From contig JACRFK010000003.1 in NCBI GenBank assembly GCA_016217925.1, forward strand, positions 271,656 through 335,655: DNA of 64,000 bases. The letters are read 5' to 3'. Of this stretch, positions 61,770-64,000 are shown piece by piece. The position numbers were made by a program, and so were the translations under genes. Positions within the stretch are counted from its first letter, which is position 1; every line of letters begins with the position of its first letter. Under the pieces are notes generated by a model. That model ran no database searches, had not been told where the DNA came from, and was given only the letters and a program-made list of their open reading frames with translations. The DNA comes from Candidatus Kaiserbacteria bacterium. Lineage in GTDB: Bacteria; Patescibacteriota; Minisyncoccia; Phycocordibacterales; UBA2100.

Positions 61770-62195
61770 TTACGGCCCGACGACGTAATTACCCGCAGGC
61801 GCGGCGGCGTTGAGTCCTGTCGCTCCTGTATTGCACGATGATATGGGAAGGGGCGTCGTTTCGAGTGTGGCACCTACGCAGTAGAACGAAGTGCCATTGA
61901 CCGCAATTGAATACGATGCGTTCGTCCCCGGATCTTTTGGCTCGCTTGGGATCACTCCCGCCGTGACGAGGCCCGCAATCGTGGCAGAGTACGCCGGCAC
62001 CGTCTGCTGGCCATAGTAGAGTTCTTGCGCTACCTGGATCTGTTTGAGGTCTGCCATACGGCGTGCGTCACGCCCTTTCTTGCGGGCGCCGTTGAGAGAC
62101 GAGAGGACGACGGAAGAAAGGAGCCCGATAATCGCGATGACGACGAGAAGCTCGATCAAGGTAAAACCGTGGGATTTCTGTGCAGAGGGATGCAT
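61770..62195 (-). CDS. type IV pilin / GspG-like prepilin
   Basis: G|FTLIELLVVIAIIG N-methylation motif; P.DP. Confidence 0.9.
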   Translation of the reverse strand: MHPSAQKSHGFTLIELLVVIAIIGLLSSVVLSSLNGARKKGRDARRMADLKQIQVAQELYYGQQTVPAYSATIAGLVTAGVIPSEPKDPGTNASYSIAVNGTSFYCVGATLETTPLPISSCNTGATGLNAAAPAGNYVVGP

Positions 62196-62214
62196 AAGTT
62201 CTTTACTATCTTTA

Positions 62215-62457
62215 CTAATTGGTGGCGGTCCCCCAGTTCGGCGTAGTCGGGACATCCGACGCCCCTGAGCCGCTGAAATATACAAAAACCGCGATCGCGA
62301 TGATAACGACGGTAACGCCGATGAGAACGTACTCGGCTTGCTGCCGCGAAGAGGCAATGCCCCACTTGATAAGCATGCCGCTCAAATCGAACCCTCCGGA
62401 AGCAACCGGTGGCCTGCCGAACTCATCTGTCTGGTCCTGAAACTGCATCTCGCTCAT
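62215..62457 (-). CDS. small membrane protein
   Basis: LIKWGI...QA.YVL followed by a TM helix. Confidence 0.55.
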   Translation of the reverse strand: MSEMQFQDQTDEFGRPPVASGGFDLSGMLIKWGIASSRQQAEYVLIGVTVVIIAIAVFVYFSGSGASDVPTTPNWGTATN

Positions 62458-62512
62458 GCGTCAATTGTATACGTTAGAATTACCTTGTACAACCTGGTTG
62501 GGGATACCTGAT

Positions 62513-62995
62513 TTAGGCTAATTCGTCGAGCATTCGGTGGCGTTTTGTATGGCGTTCTGCCCCGTCATGCAAAGCTGCGAGCCAGCGTTGCACGGCATCT
62601 TTCGCCTCGTCTTCCGTAAGAAAACGACCGGCAAGCGAAAGAACATTCGAATCGTTGTGCTCGCGCGTCGATGTAATCATATCGAGCTCTCTGCCGTCAG
62701 CATCTATCTGTTTACGGGCCGGTTCACCATAGTAGACAACGGCACGAACTTTCTTGATTCGGTTCGCGGCAAACGCTTCGCCCTGTCCGGATCCGCCGAT
62801 GACGATTCCCCGTCTATTTTGCGGATCTTCAGCGACCTTTCGCGCCGCCGCCATGACGAACACGGGATAGTCGTCTTTCATGTCGAGGGAGAACGCTCCG
62901 CAGTCTTCCACCTCATGCCCCAAAGACTGCACGAACGGCTTCAATTTCTCTTTCAATTGATACCCGCCGTGATCAGCACCAAAATATACTTTCAT
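62513..62995 (-). CDS. rpiB: ribose-5-phosphate isomerase B
   Basis: ADHGG..LK, DDYP, GSGQG, REHNDSNVL. Confidence 0.93.
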   Translation of the reverse strand: MKVYFGADHGGYQLKEKLKPFVQSLGHEVEDCGAFSLDMKDDYPVFVMAAARKVAEDPQNRRGIVIGGSGQGEAFAANRIKKVRAVVYYGEPARKQIDADGRELDMITSTREHNDSNVLSLAGRFLTEDEAKDAVQRWLAALHDGAERHTKRHRMLDELA

Positions 62996-62997
62996 GG

Positions 62998-64000
62998 TCA
63001 GAGTTTCTTCGCGACTTCCGCGACGTGTTCGATGAGCGTGTGCACATATCCCATTTCGTTGTCATACCACGCCAAGACCTTGACGAGTGTGCCGTCCACG
63101 ACGCGTGTCATTGCGAGATCGGCAATCGCGCCATAGGGAAGTCCCAAAATATCCGACGAGACGAGCGGTTCATCGGAAACGGCAAAGACGCGCTTCCACC
63201 TGTCGCTCGCGGCACCCTTGCGGAGCGCGTCGTTCACTTCCTCCACGGTCGTCGGCCGCTTGGATACGAAAGTGACATCAACGAGCGAGCCGGAGGGAAC
63301 AGGCACGCGCACCGAAACACCGTCGAACTTGCCTTTGAGTTGCGGGTACACAAGCCCCGTCGCCTTGGCGGCGCCCGTCGAGGTCGGCACCATATTTTGT
63401 GCCGCGGCTCTCTGCTCGCGCAGGTCTTTTGCCTTGCCGCCGTCTACGAGACTCTGGCTCGCGGTATATGCATGAGTCGTGTTGAGTATCGCCCGTTCGA
63501 TACCGACGGCTTCGTCGAGAATCCCGACGAGCGGATTTGCGGCATTCGTGGTGCAGGAGGCATTGGAGGTAATGGGGCCGCAGGTGGCAAATTTGTCGTC
63601 ATTCGCGCCGATGAGAATGGTCTCGACGCCCTCGCCTTTGCCCGGCGCCGAGATGACGACCCGCTTCGCTCCCGCCTCCAGATGCACCTTCGCCTTCTCG
63701 CCGTCGGTGAAGAGCCCGCTGGATTCTATAACAATATCAATTTTCTGTTCTTTCCACGGCAACTTAACGGGCTCGCGTTCGGCAGAGAGCGTTATTTTCT
63801 TGCCATCTACGAGTAATCCGCCTCCGGCAACAGCGACCGAAAACGCCGCACGTCCGTAGACCGTGTCGTACTTTAATAGGTACGCAAGATTCTCCGCCGA
63901 TGCTAGGTCATTAATGGCGACCACTTCAAATTCTTTCCGCGTATGTGCCGCTCGTAAAAAACCTCTGCCAATTCTCCCAAACCCATTTATTGCTATTCGT
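62998..64000 (-). CDS. gap: glyceraldehyde-3-phosphate dehydrogenase, 5'-truncated by the window edge
   Basis: INGFGRIGR, SNASCTTN, WYDNEMGY. Confidence 0.97.
   Translation of the reverse strand, partial: RIAINGFGRIGRGFLRAAHTRKEFEVVAINDLASAENLAYLLKYDTVYGRAAFSVAVAGGGLLVDGKKITLSAEREPVKLPWKEQKIDIVIESSGLFTDGEKAKVHLEAGAKRVVISAPGKGEGVETILIGANDDKFATCGPITSNASCTTNAANPLVGILDEAVGIERAILNTTHAYTASQSLVDGGKAKDLREQRAAAQNMVPTSTGAAKATGLVYPQLKGKFDGVSVRVPVPSGSLVDVTFVSKRPTTVEEVNDALRKGAASDRWKRVFAVSDEPLVSSDILGLPYGAIADLAMTRVVDGTLVKVLAWYDNEMGYVHTLIEHVAEVAKKL

Overview
This is a 64-kb chromosomal segment of a reduced bacterium using genetic code 11. Gene content suggests Patescibacteria/CPR, probably Parcubacteria (inference: short PheS/PheT/ThrS/SMC, a PaaX/Cas2-like ORF, NusB-NUDIX fusion, pilin, sortase). 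Core genes are tsaD, valS, rpoD, dnaG, rpoB, rpoC, trmD, rpsP, smc, rnc, nusB, rpmF, rnhB, dnaE, thrS (with a T-box), gyrB, pheST, tRNA-Thr, tsf, rpsB, prfA, rpmE, rplY, split transketolase, rpe, rpiB and gap, with small accessory ORFs between them. The most striking signal is a set of short palindromic element families. (A) A 30-bp double hairpin occurs 8 times, 7 of them in-frame in genes, always read as S/P-A-x-G-G-S-x-x-G-G. (B) CCCGTTAGA...TCTAACGGG elements include two ~120-bp copies with 4-bp target duplications that rebuild start codons. Further families occur, some supplying stop codons. In three places a palindrome lies next to an orphan, synonymously diverged copy of the upstream gene's 3' end (PD-(D/E)XK gene, rpoC, smc), suggesting palindrome-anchored gene-tail replacement. 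A RAYT-type HUH transposase with its own REPs is a candidate catalyst. Also present: a stand-alone reverse transcriptase, a 5' leader with covariation shared by two unrelated genes, a sortase locus with repeat proteins, and pervasive leaderless-type promoters.
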